From NCBI RefSeq assembly GCF_000143415.4, contig NW_003314329.1:329421-393420 (forward strand): a DNA stretch of 64,000 nt. Reading direction: 5' to 3'. The stretch comes from Selaginella moellendorffii (taxonomy: Eukaryota > Plantae > Lycopodiophyta). The notes beneath the pieces were generated by a model. The model did not search any database. It was not told the DNA's origin and saw nothing but the letters and a program-made list of their open reading frames with translations. Of this stretch, positions 20,935-34,057 are shown one piece after another (position 1 is the stretch's first letter; each line of letters opens with the position of its first letter). A program made the position numbers and the translations under genes.

Positions 20935-23535
20935 TTAGTTTTCGAGCTCTAGATTTACTAATGCCAATGCCGGCCTGAGCTTGGATGATCTCGGATTGTG
21001 AAAGAACACAAGAATCCCCTTGGCGTCCTTGCCAAAGCTCTCAGCGGATTCAGCTTCTTGCCAATGCCGGAGCTTGCAAAGTTGGCTGGCGTCGCAAAAC
21101 GCGATGGCCGCGTCTCCACTGCATAAATCATGCAACACAATGAACAGCGAGTTCACAAAAAAAGAAGAGCCAACCTTCGCCATGGAGGTGCTGAAGTAAC
21201 GAAACCAATCCTGTCCCGGATCTCACTTCCGTCCTGGTTCTCAATTTCCAAACCTTGCCACTTCTGCGCTCTGATCAGATGAAAACATGAAGCATAAACA
21301 CGCAAATCCTGAAGAGCTCAGCTCACCTGTCAAGCCACCCATGGAAGTCTTGCAAAGTTGGAGCATAGAGAAGACAGCCTTCTTCCGGAACACCCTTCCG
21401 CGCAGGCTGGATCATCACCTTGAGGTAGCAGGCTCCGGGTGTGGAAGGCATGGTCCAGCTAGTAGCAGTCACTGGCTTGAACTGGGAGAGAGTTAGATCG
21501 TGTAATTGCAGATACGCCGAGAGCACAAGCGCCGTTCGCGGGACAAACAGCGAGACTTTGCTCTCCTCTCGATCCACGGGCGTTGGACTTTGTTCCATCT
21601 CTTCATCGCCGTCTCTCTCATGGTTTGAGAGTTCTTTGTACGCCGGACAGTCTGGAAAGTCGTGCGGGAATGAAGATATCCCTCCCTGACAGGCCAAATC
21701 ACGAGTTTGAGTTTGACAGACTAAAGACTTTCGAGAGCCAACGTACGTGCGTCATGATCCAGCGTCGTTCTGCCTGACCGATCACACGAGCTCCAGCAAG
21801 CACTAGCGACATCCAGAATGCGTGGACCCAGCTCTTGGGAAGAACAAGCGAGCACCTTCAAGTTTCAGAGTTGAAGTGATGGTGAGAAGAAACAAAAGCA
21901 AAGAACTCACCCGTTCAAGGCTTTTTGCTGGTATTTCATCAGCAAAATGGGACATTTCTTCCAGGAGGGAGGCTCCGCGTCCTTGGTTTCCAAGCGAAAG
22001 TGGGACAAGCGATGAGCTTGCTGCCTTTTGTTTACGGTCTTGTCAGATGGTGGAGGCTCAACAGCACTGGACGGACCCCATAGTCTCGAAGTGCTGCCTT
22101 GTTCGGCCTTTGGTTGTTGATCCATGACAGCTTGCCAGTATGTTGCGTCCAGATTGTTGATAGTCTCCTCTACTTGTGGGACAGGACGCTCGTTTCTCGT
22201 CGTTTCGTTCTCGACAGGGACAGCCGGATCGCTCTCTAAAAGGAAACGATGTCGAGGGTCACAAACTTCCAGCTCTACACATGCCTGCTTTGAAAGTTTG
22301 CTCAAAAGTCCTTCAAAAGAAGACGTGCCATCAGACCTGCAAAGTTTTTTCAAGTCAGTCCTTGAATGAAAACAGACTCTTTGACGCACCCAGGTTTCAT
22401 CACTTTACCCAGAAGTTGGAAGGTTTCTTTCCCAAAAATCTCCAAAGTAGCAAGCTCGTCTTTCCTCGACTTACACGTAACACTAGAAATGCCCTGCAAA
22501 GTAAAGCTTGTTATAACTGTTAGACGACGCTAGCGAACGTTCACAAACCTGGGAAGCGTTTTGCACTGCCTCGAAGACCTCATCAAATGCAGCTGCATGA
22601 ACGAAGATCCACAGCTTCTCATGGTCCGCACAAAAGACCACCTTGACAGGAGCAATGCAAGACAGCGGCACCTTCCCACAGTGATGAGCCTGAGATCAAA
22701 ATAAAGAAAAAGAAAGGAAAACACCAACCATGAGAAGAACGAAGAACTCATTGGAAAAGTGAAAAACTGACCATAGCGATCACGTAGCATGGCACACGAG
22801 AGACATTCCCAGCCAGTGGCTCCAAAACCAGTCCCAAAACTCGTGACAACTCCTCCTGGTAGAGCCAAAGCGAGAGAGTTAGCAATGCTGGCAATACGCT
22901 GCGAGGCAACGAATCGAGTTACTTGAGGACCTTCGAGCTGGATAGCACTGTAGTAGCTTGCGTCGTGCAGCACAGCTCCACGATCAGGCCATCTCAACAC
23001 AGTCGCTGCGCATCGTCCCCTGGAACTTGGATGAGATCTAAGCGACGAAAGAAAATCACCACAAGAGAGCAAACCTTCCAGGGATGCCACTGGAAAGCCA
23101 GTATCCCCAGCGCTTGGCCATGTAGAAGCGCTTGGCATGCCACACATGAGTAACAAGGCGTCGAGTTCCATCTTTGCAAGAGCCTCCCTTCCCTTTTACC
23201 ACGTCTTGAAGCTCTACTCTTCTCCGGACACGCCTAGACAAGGAAGCCACCTTGAGCTCCCTCTTCCTCTTCTTATCCTCGCCTTCCACCACTCCATCTT
23301 CCTTGTCCCCGGCATTGGCATTGGCACTGGCGCTGGCATTGGCTTTCTTCTTGGATTTCTTCTCCTGGTGGTTCCAGAAGCGGTGCTTGCGGCGATTGTG
23401 GCTCTTAGTCCTGCGCTTGATGGACGCCAGCCCATCGCTGGACTTACCGGAACTTTGCAGCGCTGCGAAGAGCGATTCAAGCTCGGGAGCCCTCGCCTCA
23501 GCGAAGCGCTCCACCGCAAGAACACCATCACCCAT
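20935..23535 (-). CDS. POP1: RNase P/MRP protein subunit POP1 (multi-exon)
   Basis: VERFAEARAPEL; RRLVTHVWHAKRFYMAKRWG (W-box); HDASYY; LWIFVHAA; FPHDFPDCPAY. The 3' end is inferred. Confidence 0.85.
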
Positions 23536-23631
23536 TGGAACTTCTAGCCTAGGGCAGCGCAAAACCTTCTCTTTTCCTTGATTGCCTTTAGGATGTTACA
23601 AAACAAAACTAGGGATCGATCGCGTAGAATT

Positions 23632-25430
23632 TCACTTCTTGGCCGCTGTCACGTTGAACTTGAAGAAGATGATATCTCCGTCCTGCACGACGTAGTTTTT
23701 GCCTTCCTGCTTGTACTTGCCAGCAGCCTGGAAGACAAAACACACAAATACTTCCTTGCAAATCACCCAAAATCCATTTTTTACCTTGACAGCAGCCTCG
23801 GATCCAAGTTCTTTGAGGTCTTCAAACTTCATCACCTGAGAAAAGGTTTAATTTGCACCAATGAACGAATGAAAAGCTGCATATCTACCTCTGCACAGAT
23901 GAATCCCCTCTCAAAGTCAGTGTGGATTGCGCCGGCGGCCTGGGGAGCCTTGGAGTGCTTCCTTATTTGCCAGCACTTCACCTTCAAGAGAAGCACGAGC
24001 TAAGAACGTCAAAAGATAAACTGAATCACGAATACCTCGTCAGGACCAGCCGTGAAGAAGTATATCAAGTTGATGGCCGCGAACCCCGTCTTGATAATCT
24101 TTGGCAAAGCGCTGAAGAACACAAGACGATCCACATCAGAGCTGAAAACGGATTATGTACCTCTGAACCGCTGCTTCATCGCTAGGCGCGTCTGCTAGCC
24201 TTTGCTCCAGCACTCCGCTAAAGGGAATGAGGGGGTCCCCTCCATGCTCCTGAACCCTGTGAACACACAGTGCTAGGCTGAGAAGAGTCTGCGTTCAACA
24301 GCGAGTGGCCTACCAGGCGTGAATTTTCGGCAGCCACTTGTTCTTCTTACGCAGATAGTCTTTCTCCGTCATGTTCACCTGCGCCATAACTCTTCAAAAG
24401 CTCAGAAAGAAGGAAGCAATCGAGACAGTACCAGGTATACAACTGGCTTTGCCGAAAGCAGCTGGAATGTGTTAAGGAACTCTATCTCAGACTGCTTCCA
24501 TTCCACGAGCCTGACGTCCTTGCCTTGCTTGAGACTCTCGTGCACCTAAAAAGCAGCACAACCGCATTCAAGTGTTACAACCTGTGCCGTGCCATTCAAG
24601 CTCAAACGCCAACCTTGTGGCAGCATTCGAGCTCCAGTTTGAGCTGCTTGTCGTTGCTCCGCTTCAACGCCTTGTCGATGTCTTCGATTCGTCTCTCGAT
24701 GAACTCTAGATCCTATAAGCAGTTGAAGCAAGCTCTCGCGCAACTAAACAGTACTACCTTGAGTCGCAACTCCAGCGTGATAATATCCAAATCCCGGATG
24801 GGATCGACGCTGTCTTCTACGTGAATCACATCCACGTCGTCAAAAGCTCCTGAAACCCAAGGCATGACGATATCAAATCAAAAGATATGAAGTGGCGAAC
24901 TCACTAATGACATGGAAGATCCCGTCCACGGCCCGGATGTGTGACAAAAAATTGTTCCCGAGGCCCTGGCCTTCGTTGGCACCTCGGACGAGCCCAGCTA
25001 TATCGTGCACTTCCAGAAAAGCCGACACCTATATCAACCGAAACGAGAGAAACTCTCGAGAAAATCACGATCGATACAAAAAATCGTAGCTTACCTCACT
25101 CTTGGGCTTGTGGTGCTGGACCAGCCAGTTGTAGCGCTCGTCGGGAACCGACACTCGAGCCTCATTGGGCTCGATGGTGCAAAAGGGGAAATTCTCGGCG
25201 GGAATGGAGAGCTTGGTGAGCGTGTTGAAGAGAGTGGACTTGCCGACATTTGGAAGCCCCACCTGCGAACAATGCAAGCCAGAATCAATCGAGGCGAGAA
25301 TTTCTTCTTCCCGGCCGAGAAATGGAGCACTCACAATGCCGATCTTGAGATGGGACGAGAATCTGCCGAGGATCTGGCGCTCCGCCGTCGCGTCCTTGCC
25401 CTTGGCGCCAGCCGCGGCCTTGGGCGCCAT
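23632..25430 (-). CDS. OLA1: Obg-like ATPase 1 / YchF (multi-exon)
   Basis: [15 protein letters not shown]; [11 protein letters not shown]; [22 protein letters not shown]; TGS domain with [12 protein letters not shown]. Confidence 0.95.
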
Positions 25431-25572
25431 CGCCCTAAACGCGAAAGAAAGAAGACGAGCACTGTGATTTAGGGTTTATTGGGGACACGTCATCACTCCT
25501 CGCAATGACATGGTGGGGATGGATAAGGCGATGTGGCGCACAATCTCGCTCTCTCGCCGCTAGTCCCTAGCT

Positions 25573-26854
25573 ATGGCAGCGCTATCGGCAGTGACCACAT
25601 TCCATCGCTGCGATCAAGCTCCCGCGATCAATCTGGGCGTCGCGAGGTGCGTAACACTGGCCAGGATTGTAAGGTGGAGATTTTTAGGGTGTGACGCTGC
25701 GAGCTCCTCGTCCCAGCGCATCTTCCATCCTCCGCATTGCAGTATTGCGTGCGCAGCGGCGGTCGCTGCTGGTTGGTACTCACTTTCACGAGATTGCTAT
25801 CATCTTCCCTAGGTAGCCATGGATTCTTGTTTGGCATTCGCTTCTTCTATTGTTTTCTTTGTGTTTGTGTGTGTGATATAGCTTTGGTTCTTCGCTGTCT
25901 GTGTGTCTGGCCTCTTTCTTTCTTTCTTCCTGAGAGTCTAGCTTTGTGATCTATCCATTCTAACAGTTTTTTCTTTCGATTTCTTTGCTCGATCCAACGC
26001 AGGAGATGTTCCAACTGTGGCCGATACCAAGTCGGCATTCCTCAAGGCTTTCCGGAAGCCGATACCCAGCATTTACAACAACGTCTTGCAGGAGCTCCTC
26101 GTCCAGCAGCACTTGATGCGATACAACGCCACTTACAAGTACGATGCGGTGTTTGCTCTCGGCTTTGTGACTGTCTACGACCAGCTCATGGACGGCTACC
26201 CGAACGCGCAAGACAGCGAAGCCATCTTCAAGGCCTACATCGAAGCTTTGGGAGAAGACCCCGATCAGTACAGGTCTTCTTTCTTTATGTTGTTTGATGC
26301 TCGCTTCCTCACTTTCTACTTTCGCTTCGGTATCGCAGGAAAGACGCTAAAAAGCTCGAGGAATGGGCATCCTCACAGACTGCTTCGTCCCTCGCGTCTT
26401 TTAACTCGGGCGACGGCGACGTTGAGGAGGTCCTCAAGGATATCGCACAGCGCGCCGCCGGGAAGACGAGCTTTCACTACAGCCGTTTCTTTGCGGTCGG
26501 CTTGTTCCGGCTGGTGGAACGGGCAAACGCCTCCGATCCGGCCGTCTTGGAGAAGGTGAGAGTTGTGCTCGCGGCCTGTTCGTCACTTTACTCGTCACTG
26601 CTGCGCAGCTCTGCAATGCGCTGAACGTGAGCAAGATGAGCGTGGATAGAGACCTGGATGTGTACCGAAATCTCTTGACCAAGCTCTCGCAGGCCAAGGA
26701 CCTACTCAAGGAGTACATTGACAGGTCTGTGTGTAGTGTCTAGATCTTTTCTTGCCAGTGGCTGACTTGCTAGCGCGCTTCTCGTGGCCGCAGAGAAAAG
26801 AAGAAGAGCGCGGAGAGGGAAGCATCCAAAACCAGTGAACCAGTAAACAAATGA
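25573..26854 (+). CDS. THF1: THYLAKOID FORMATION 1 / Psb29 (multi-exon)
   Basis: PTVADTKSAFLKAFRKPIPSIYNNVLQELLVQQHLMRY..YDAVFALGFVTVYDQLMDGYP; FHYSRFFAVGLF; SVDRDLDVYRNLLTKL. Confidence 0.93.
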
Positions 26855-27329
26855 ACGCTACGGTTTTGTTAGAGCTCTCGAGCCCTATGTAGTTTGCACG
26901 ATCACTCTTGTGTAATGGGTAAAGAGGTACGTATGCATTTGGTGTATTATATTCATGACAATCGTCAAGCAGAGTTATAGCTTCGTACGTAGGAATACTG
27001 TCCAGGACCGTCCCTCGCGGTAAGCCTGTTAGAGAAGATCCTAGTGAAGGAAAAAAAAAAAGGTGTTCTCTATCGAAAGGGCCACGCCAAAGTTCATGCA
27101 GCTCCTCCCCGTGCTTTGGGTTTGTAAAATCATGACGATGTATGTATTTTGTTCGTTCTTTTTTGGTTCTTTCTCTGGCAGGATGAAGATCATATCATTA
27201 GTGGAGAAGGAAGAAGAAAAAAGAAATGGAGGTACAACACCTTTCTATAGATTTCTCGTGCAAAGCGTTTGTTCTTGACTCCTTTGTGAAGGACACGATG
27301 CAGCAGCAGTGACCCAGTTTGTCAACTTC

Positions 27330-29196
27330 TTATCGGCCGCCCCGAACGTTATTCTGGAGCCAAAACACTCTTCCCTTCGTTAGAAACGCGATTATCAGCG
27401 TCCTCAGAGCCATTTTTCACCTGTCGGAGCGCTCGAAGCTGGCGGAAGAAATCCCAGGATCATCCTGGGATTGGAAACGGCCAGCGTTGTGGAAGCTCAA
27501 CACTGCGAGCGAGACAAATTCGATCAGCTTATCTCGAGCGGAATCCAACGCGATAAGATATGTTACCGTGGCTGCTGTCCTTGCTCGCGAGATCCACGTA
27601 CTTGGAAGAATCGGATTTGTCCAGATGTTTCCTGCGGTGACAAAAACAAAACGAAGGAATCTCTTCAAGAGCGCCAGTAGAGATCTAAGCACCAAACCTG
27701 TCTCCATGCTTTCCTCGCTCGCGATACGGCTTGACGAGCACTCGGGCGCCACAGATGTAGTGAGGATTCCCTTCGGAGAGAACGATCTTGACCGTCTCGG
27801 GGTACACAAAGGTGACGAAGCCAAACATTCGCTTCTGCTGGAAGGGTATCCGGACGTCCTGGACTGGGCCGTAGGCTCTGTGCATGGAAGAAAGATGGAA
27901 ACACCGTAACACCCAACATGGAATGGAATCAATACAAGGACGACTTACCTGAAGTGAGTGCTGACATCATCTTCGCTGAAGGAGCTCTCGGCCGGAAACG
28001 TGAGGTAGATCTGTCTGGAGCTCGGATTCACGCCGCTCAGATCGTAATGCTCGCCTGCGAAGGTGGCGAACTTGTGCGCGTCTTCGGCCAGGACGACCGC
28101 GTGCTGGCCATGGGGCCTGGAAAGAAACATTCGAGAGGGAGAGAGTGAGAGAGGAGCTACCTTTCCCCGAAACAAGGAGGGCGATGGTGGACAAGGAGCA
28201 AGAACAAGCAAGGAGAGATCGAGAAGAGGTCACTCACCGATCAATGACGGTGATGCTTCCTTTGAGCTTGGACAGGAGCCTGGTGAGATTGTAGCCCGAC
28301 TTGCCGTGCCGCTGGCTCTCGGTCAGGTACCCCTCGGCTTGCAACGGCCTCCCGAATCTCTCGTAGTAGAGCTGCGGCAGCGCGGCGATGGAAACCGGCG
28401 AGGTGCGGCTGGAAAGGAGCTCCTGCAGCTCGCGGTCCAATCGCTCCAGCGAAGACGGCGATGGTGATGATCCATCTCCCGCCTGCTGCTGCTGCTGCTG
28501 CTGCTGCTCTGGAGGAGGAGGATGATCGTGCTGGGGTCCCTGGCCATCGACAGGAGGGTCTGGCCCCCCCGGCGAGGAGGGATCGACGATGTGATCGTGC
28601 GAGAAGCGGCAGCTAGAGCCGTGCTTGCAGAATCCCCGCGAGTAGTAGACGCAAGGCTTGGGCCAGTTGCAACAGCACGACCAGCGCAAATGGATGTGAT
28701 CGTCCCCGGGACCGTCGAGCGGCCACCCCGCGCCCGACGTCTCGGCTTTGATCTTGCTGCTGTTGAGGAACGCGAACGTCTCCGGGTAGAAGTGGTCATT
28801 GGGAAACACACCGCCGGAGAAGCTAGCGGCGCCGCTGCTGTGCTGCCGCCGCTGGAATGATCCGGAGCCCAGAGGAGGAGGAGGAGAATGGATGTGATCA
28901 ACTCCTCGAGGCGGCGGCGGCGGCGGCGGCGATGGCGATGGCGGCTGGAGCATGACTTGGGTCGGCGCCGCAGCGCTGCCGCTGGCGGTGGCGCTGGCGG
29001 AGTCGAGCAAGCCCAGCTGCATTCTCGCCCTGGCCACCGCGGATTGGAGCAGCGCGTCGGGACCCATGGCCAAGCCGAAGATCTGGCGCTCGCCTTGATC
29101 CTCAAGGAGGAGATATCCCATGATCTTGGACACGTTATCCGGATCCACGGCCTGGACACGTGAGTAGACAATCCTGGTCGCCTCATACGCCTCCAT
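27330..29196 (-). CDS. CCCH zinc-finger + RRM RNA-binding protein (C3H46/53/18-like); 3' end uncertain
   Basis: [23 protein letters not shown]; [21 protein letters not shown]; [15 protein letters not shown]; [14 protein letters not shown]; [16 protein letters not shown]. Confidence 0.85.
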
Positions 29197-29862
29197 TCCC
29201 GCCGCTCAAGCGCTGCGCGATGGCGATCGATCCATCCCAGGAGAGAAGAAGAAGTAGAACAAGCAAGCGAACATCACCCAAAATGCATACCGCGAATCTC
29301 ATCGATGGATCAAAAGCTTTGCCCGTGGCGGCGCTGGTGGTGGCGGCGGCGCAAAGCAGCAGCATGGATCAAGCGGAGGAGCTCGCAAGTTCCATTCTTG
29401 GCCTGGTTTGTACAAGCAAACAAAACGAGCCTCTCTCTCTCTTGTATTCTACCACCCATGCATCATAGCTCCGGTACCCACCTGGCAAATTGCCACCACC
29501 TTCATTAAACACCCCCTCTCTTACATATAATGCGAGCGTACATCAAACCCATTGCTACGATGATTTGATTACCAGCGCGTAGCTCTACCTAGAAATCCAA
29601 AACCCAAACCAAACAAAACCCATGGCAGCAGCGCAGCTATTTTAGGAATCCGAGGAGGAAATTGTGCTTCACAATTTCAGCTGACACCAACTGCCGTTTG
29701 GGTGGTCTTGTAAGTTTCTTCTTCTTCTTCTTCTTCTTCTTCTTGTTGCGAGAAATCGGGCCTGTTTCAACCAAACGCCGCCAACCCAGGGACTGAAAAG
29801 ATTGATCTTGAGTTCTCAACTTGTTGGCAAGAAATATATGTATGTTTGTGTATGTAGTAGTA

Positions 29863-31587
29863 TCATCGGTTCCCGGGTGGTGTGCTATCTCCGTTGGGCC
29901 GAGCACCACCACCACCTTCGCTTGCAATGCCGGAGGACAATCCCAGGATGTCGGGAGTGATCTCCCAGCTGCCACTCTTGCGTCCCCAGCTGGAGCGGCG
30001 GGGATGGATGATCCCCCCCTTTGCATCGCCACCGCCACCGCCGCCGCCACCACCGCCGCCACCCTCCATCACCGGGAGCCTCCCAAACGCGTGAGCGAAT
30101 GTGTCCTCCATGCCCAAGTTGTCCTTGGCTTCCGCCGCGGCCGTGTCGACGTTGCTCACTCGGCAGTGGAGGTCTGCGAAGGCGGCCTCGTCGATCAAGT
30201 GCTCCCCTCCCAGCGCCCACGAAGGCTTGGATCCGGCCTCGATGTCCTTGACGGGCTCCGAGCTGACGGCGTTGCGAGGCTTGCTGGACGCTACTGGCTG
30301 CAAGTTTGTCGAGGATGGGAGCGAGCCGTCGGCCTGGACTCTGGCACGGAAAACGTTGAACGACTTGGGAACTGGACTGCACAGGATCTCGTACAGGTTG
30401 TGAAACACGCCACGGTTATACGGGTTCACTTTGTTGTCATAACGGTACCGGAAATTCTCGTACGTGGTCTGCACCAACATATCACACACGACGATCGCTA
30501 AACCAAGCTGTAATAGTACGTCCAAGAAAGACGTACCTGATTAGTGCTCATGAGATACAGGTGGAAGAACGTAAGGCCGCCGACGAACCACACCGCAATG
30601 AAGGTGTAGGCCATGAGAAGTACAGATGGTGGCGACTTCCCCATCGCCCTCCATACAGTGTAGCTGTGGTCGTGCATGAGGAGCTTGATATACAGCGCAC
30701 AGATTCCAAACACGTAGATACAGAGGAGCGTTGTCGAGGAGACAAACATGAAAAAGTACCGATAATTCCTCTGCAAGAAACACAGGACGAGACGAAGATG
30801 AGAAACGAAGAAGCGAAGAGACCAAGCAAGCGTACCAGGCCAATGCACTGCCCAACCCAAGGACAGTGATGATCGAAGCGCTGGACGCAATTGTTGCAAA
30901 TGGAGCAGTGCGAGCAGCGAGGCGGCCTGTAGAGCATGCAAGTGTCGCAGTATTTGATCTTCACCGAGACGCCATTCACGATCACGTCCTTGGTTCGTGG
31001 CAATCTGAAGCGAGGCGTGAGACCACCGGCAGACCAGTCAGTCGGAGAAGTCGGAACCAGCTCTTCCTCGGCCTCGGGTTCCGGTGGATGCGGGTTCCGG
31101 GGGATGATCCCCGGATCCCTTCCAGAGGTGAGCATTAACAAGACGAGTACCTGGACGAGAAGAAAGAAAACGAAACGAAGAAGTGAGCAAAGACGAGAGA
31201 GCAAAAGCATGGAGGAAAGAGCACAGGGACTTACAAATGCGGTGTATACAACAGTGACAACGAGTATCGCAATCCCACTCCTGTCATTGGAGAACTTGTC
31301 GCGTAACCGGCTCGCGACGAACACGCAGAAGATCACAACCGGGACGATGATGAGGAAGAGAGTTACCAGCAGAGATCTCACGTCGGGTCCAAAGATGAGC
31401 CTTCCACCCAAGAAGAACTTCTGCAAGAACACACACAAAAAATGTTCCTTTAGCTTCCCAAAGCCTTGGGAACTTCCAAAGGAAGTCTCGCGAAACTTAC
31501 ATTGCTTCCTTTCCACACCTGGTAGACGCGCGTCTTGCCCGTCACTTTCTTGGGCGCATTCGCGGCCCGGGGAGGGGATGGAACCAT
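29863..31587 (-). CDS. DHHC protein S-acyltransferase (PAT; multi-exon)
   Basis: [23 protein letters not shown]; [12 protein letters not shown]; [39 protein letters not shown]; [13 protein letters not shown]. Confidence 0.95.
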
Positions 31588-32119
31588 AAACATCGCTGCG
31601 ACCTAGACGAGCTCCTCTCCCCCGGCGCGCGCTAGATCATGCCCCCGCGACCACGAATCCAAAATCCTAGTGTAGAAATTCCCCCAGCTGCTGGCTACAC
31701 CGCTATCGCTACAAAGGGCGCGGGCGCCGCGCTTACCAGTCCCGGGAGCTCCATCATCCCACTCCAACGAGCGCGTAGGCGAGCATCGGACATGGCACGA
31801 ATTGGCGAGCGGCAGATCTGATCGCCTTGTCGCCGCGCTCCTCTCCGAAAACCCTCGAGAGCGCCACAATGGGTATGGGATGCCCAATGCGCAAGCACAG
31901 TGCCACTATTTGGGCCACATGGCCACTCGTCCGTACAAGAGAATATTTGTATTCCCCCATTTCTAAACCTTTGTTTGTTTGGATATCTGCGATGATCAAT
32001 ACGTACAAACACCATATCTTGCCACCACATGAAACAAATATTCACGTGTCCAGCAACCAAATCAGATGCTTTTATTCTACCCAAAAAAAAAATTAATGGA
32101 ACGGGATCTTCTTTTTTCA

Positions 32120-33848
32120 TCATCTCATGAATGGAATGAGGAAGTACTCGGCATAGAAGAGCTACGAAGATCAAACCAAGATCAAAGATCACGAGATGAA
32201 AAGATCAAAGACAATCCACACACCTTCCAGACGAACATGTAGAAAGACGAGATCGCTGCTTTGCTAGACAAGTCGACGCTCTGGGATCGCATCCATAGAA
32301 TCGCCGCGATCACGGAATGACCCACCGTCTAGACGAATCCAACGCAAACTTGTAAGAACTAAAGCGATGATCACGAAACTCTCACCATGGCGATTTTGCT
32401 CCAGAGACACGAAGACATAGCCCCAAAGATCACCGCTGAAGCGTAAGCAGCTTCCAAGAGCCCAATGCACAACCAAAACACCTGAAAGAGAGGTGAGAAA
32501 ACTTGAGAATCCAAACGAGCAACTGACCTTTTCCTGGCCAAGCCGGACACTAAACGACTGGATTCCAAATGTCTGATCGCCCTCTACGTCAGGGATGTCC
32601 TACAAAGACGCATGACATACGTACTTTTCCAGATTAGCTTACCTTGAACAAGGCTATGACGACCGAGAAGAAACACATGAATGCGGTGGCGAAGAGCAAC
32701 GATCTGGGATAGAAGGCCGGTCTCTTGAGAACAAAGGCCTGCGAATTTGCAAAGTTTACGAGCAGGCAAAACGGAAAAACACAGCACACCTGCATGTGAA
32801 GAAAGAATGCGAGCTGAACGACAATGGCTCGCACCGAGAGAATGCAGCTGGCTGCAGCAACCGCGGACCGCTTCCATCGCAAGAAAGGAAGCTGCAAAAA
32901 ACTCGAAAAATCGGATTTTTCGGGCTGAAAGACCAATCTTTTTCATACCTGAATCGAATACGCTGTCCCTAGAACAAAGCTGACGCTCAAGGCCCACAAA
33001 AGTGGCCTAGACTTGACCAGGAATCCCACTCCCAGACTCTGGAGCATCCATGTAAGTTTCGTGAGGAAGAAAGAAAGAAAAGGTGGCTCACCGAAAGCGC
33101 GGACGCAATCACGAGAGCGACCCCGGTCGCGAGCGAGTAGTCTCCAGACGCAAGAGGAAGATATGGCTTATTAACCTGAACTGCAAGGAAACACCCACGG
33201 AGAAACTCTTGTAACCAAGCGATGAGAAAAAGAGAGAAAAGTTTCGGCTGCTTCACCCTGTCGATCTCGATGTCCGATATCTGGTTCAGTCCCACGATGT
33301 AGATGTTCATCAGTAGCGCCGGGATCAAAGCCTGGAAGAAGCGTCCTGAGCGCTAGCAAAGAAATCGAGATGAAAGAACTCACCTGGAGAAGGCCCACCG
33401 CGAAACGCGAAGAGAGAAAGTCCGCCACGCTCTCGGCCGCGAGGAGGGAGATGGAGACGATGCCAATTGCCTGGAGCAAGAGATCCAAGGAGATGGTCGC
33501 GAAGAAAGCGATCAAAAGGGAAGAACTTACGGTGCCTATGACAGTGTGAGGCCGAGTGAAGCGGTAGAATGCGCTGAGCCAAGCAGCTATGTCGGGCTGT
33601 GCATGGAGAGACGATGACAATCCCGCGGCTGCATGCTCCGCGGCGCAAGAGATCCTGCGCTTCTTCTTCCTGCTCTTGCAATCCCGGAGCAAGACGATGG
33701 CAGTGGAGCTTCCAAGCGCGGGGAGCCCAGCGCCGCATGGATTGCGAGGGCGAAGAATGCAGGGGGAAGAACAGGACGTTCTCGCCAGCGGCGGAGGATG
33801 GCGGAGGCTGGCACTGGATCGCAGCGGCATGAGGATGATCGCGTCCAT
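32120..33848 (-). CDS. VTE2: Homogentisate phytyltransferase (UbiA family, tocopherol synthesis; multi-exon)
   Basis: [14 protein letters not shown]; [33 protein letters not shown]; [13 protein letters not shown]; C-terminus [13 protein letters not shown]. Plastid transit-like N-terminus. Confidence 0.88.
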
Positions 33849-34057
33849 GGAGCTGCGGGATCCAGAGCTGGAGATGGAAGAAGAGAAACCCCTAAAAGAG
33901 TTTGTCCATGCCGTCGTTGCCTCTCTTTCTACCTGGATCGACCGTATAAAATCGGGCGCTTCTTTCTCACACTCGTGTCCCGTGGGTGGCCCGTCTAGAT
34001 CACGAGTCCACCAGCGCCATCGTCATGGTGACGCGTGTTAGCTAGGGTTTTAGAGAC

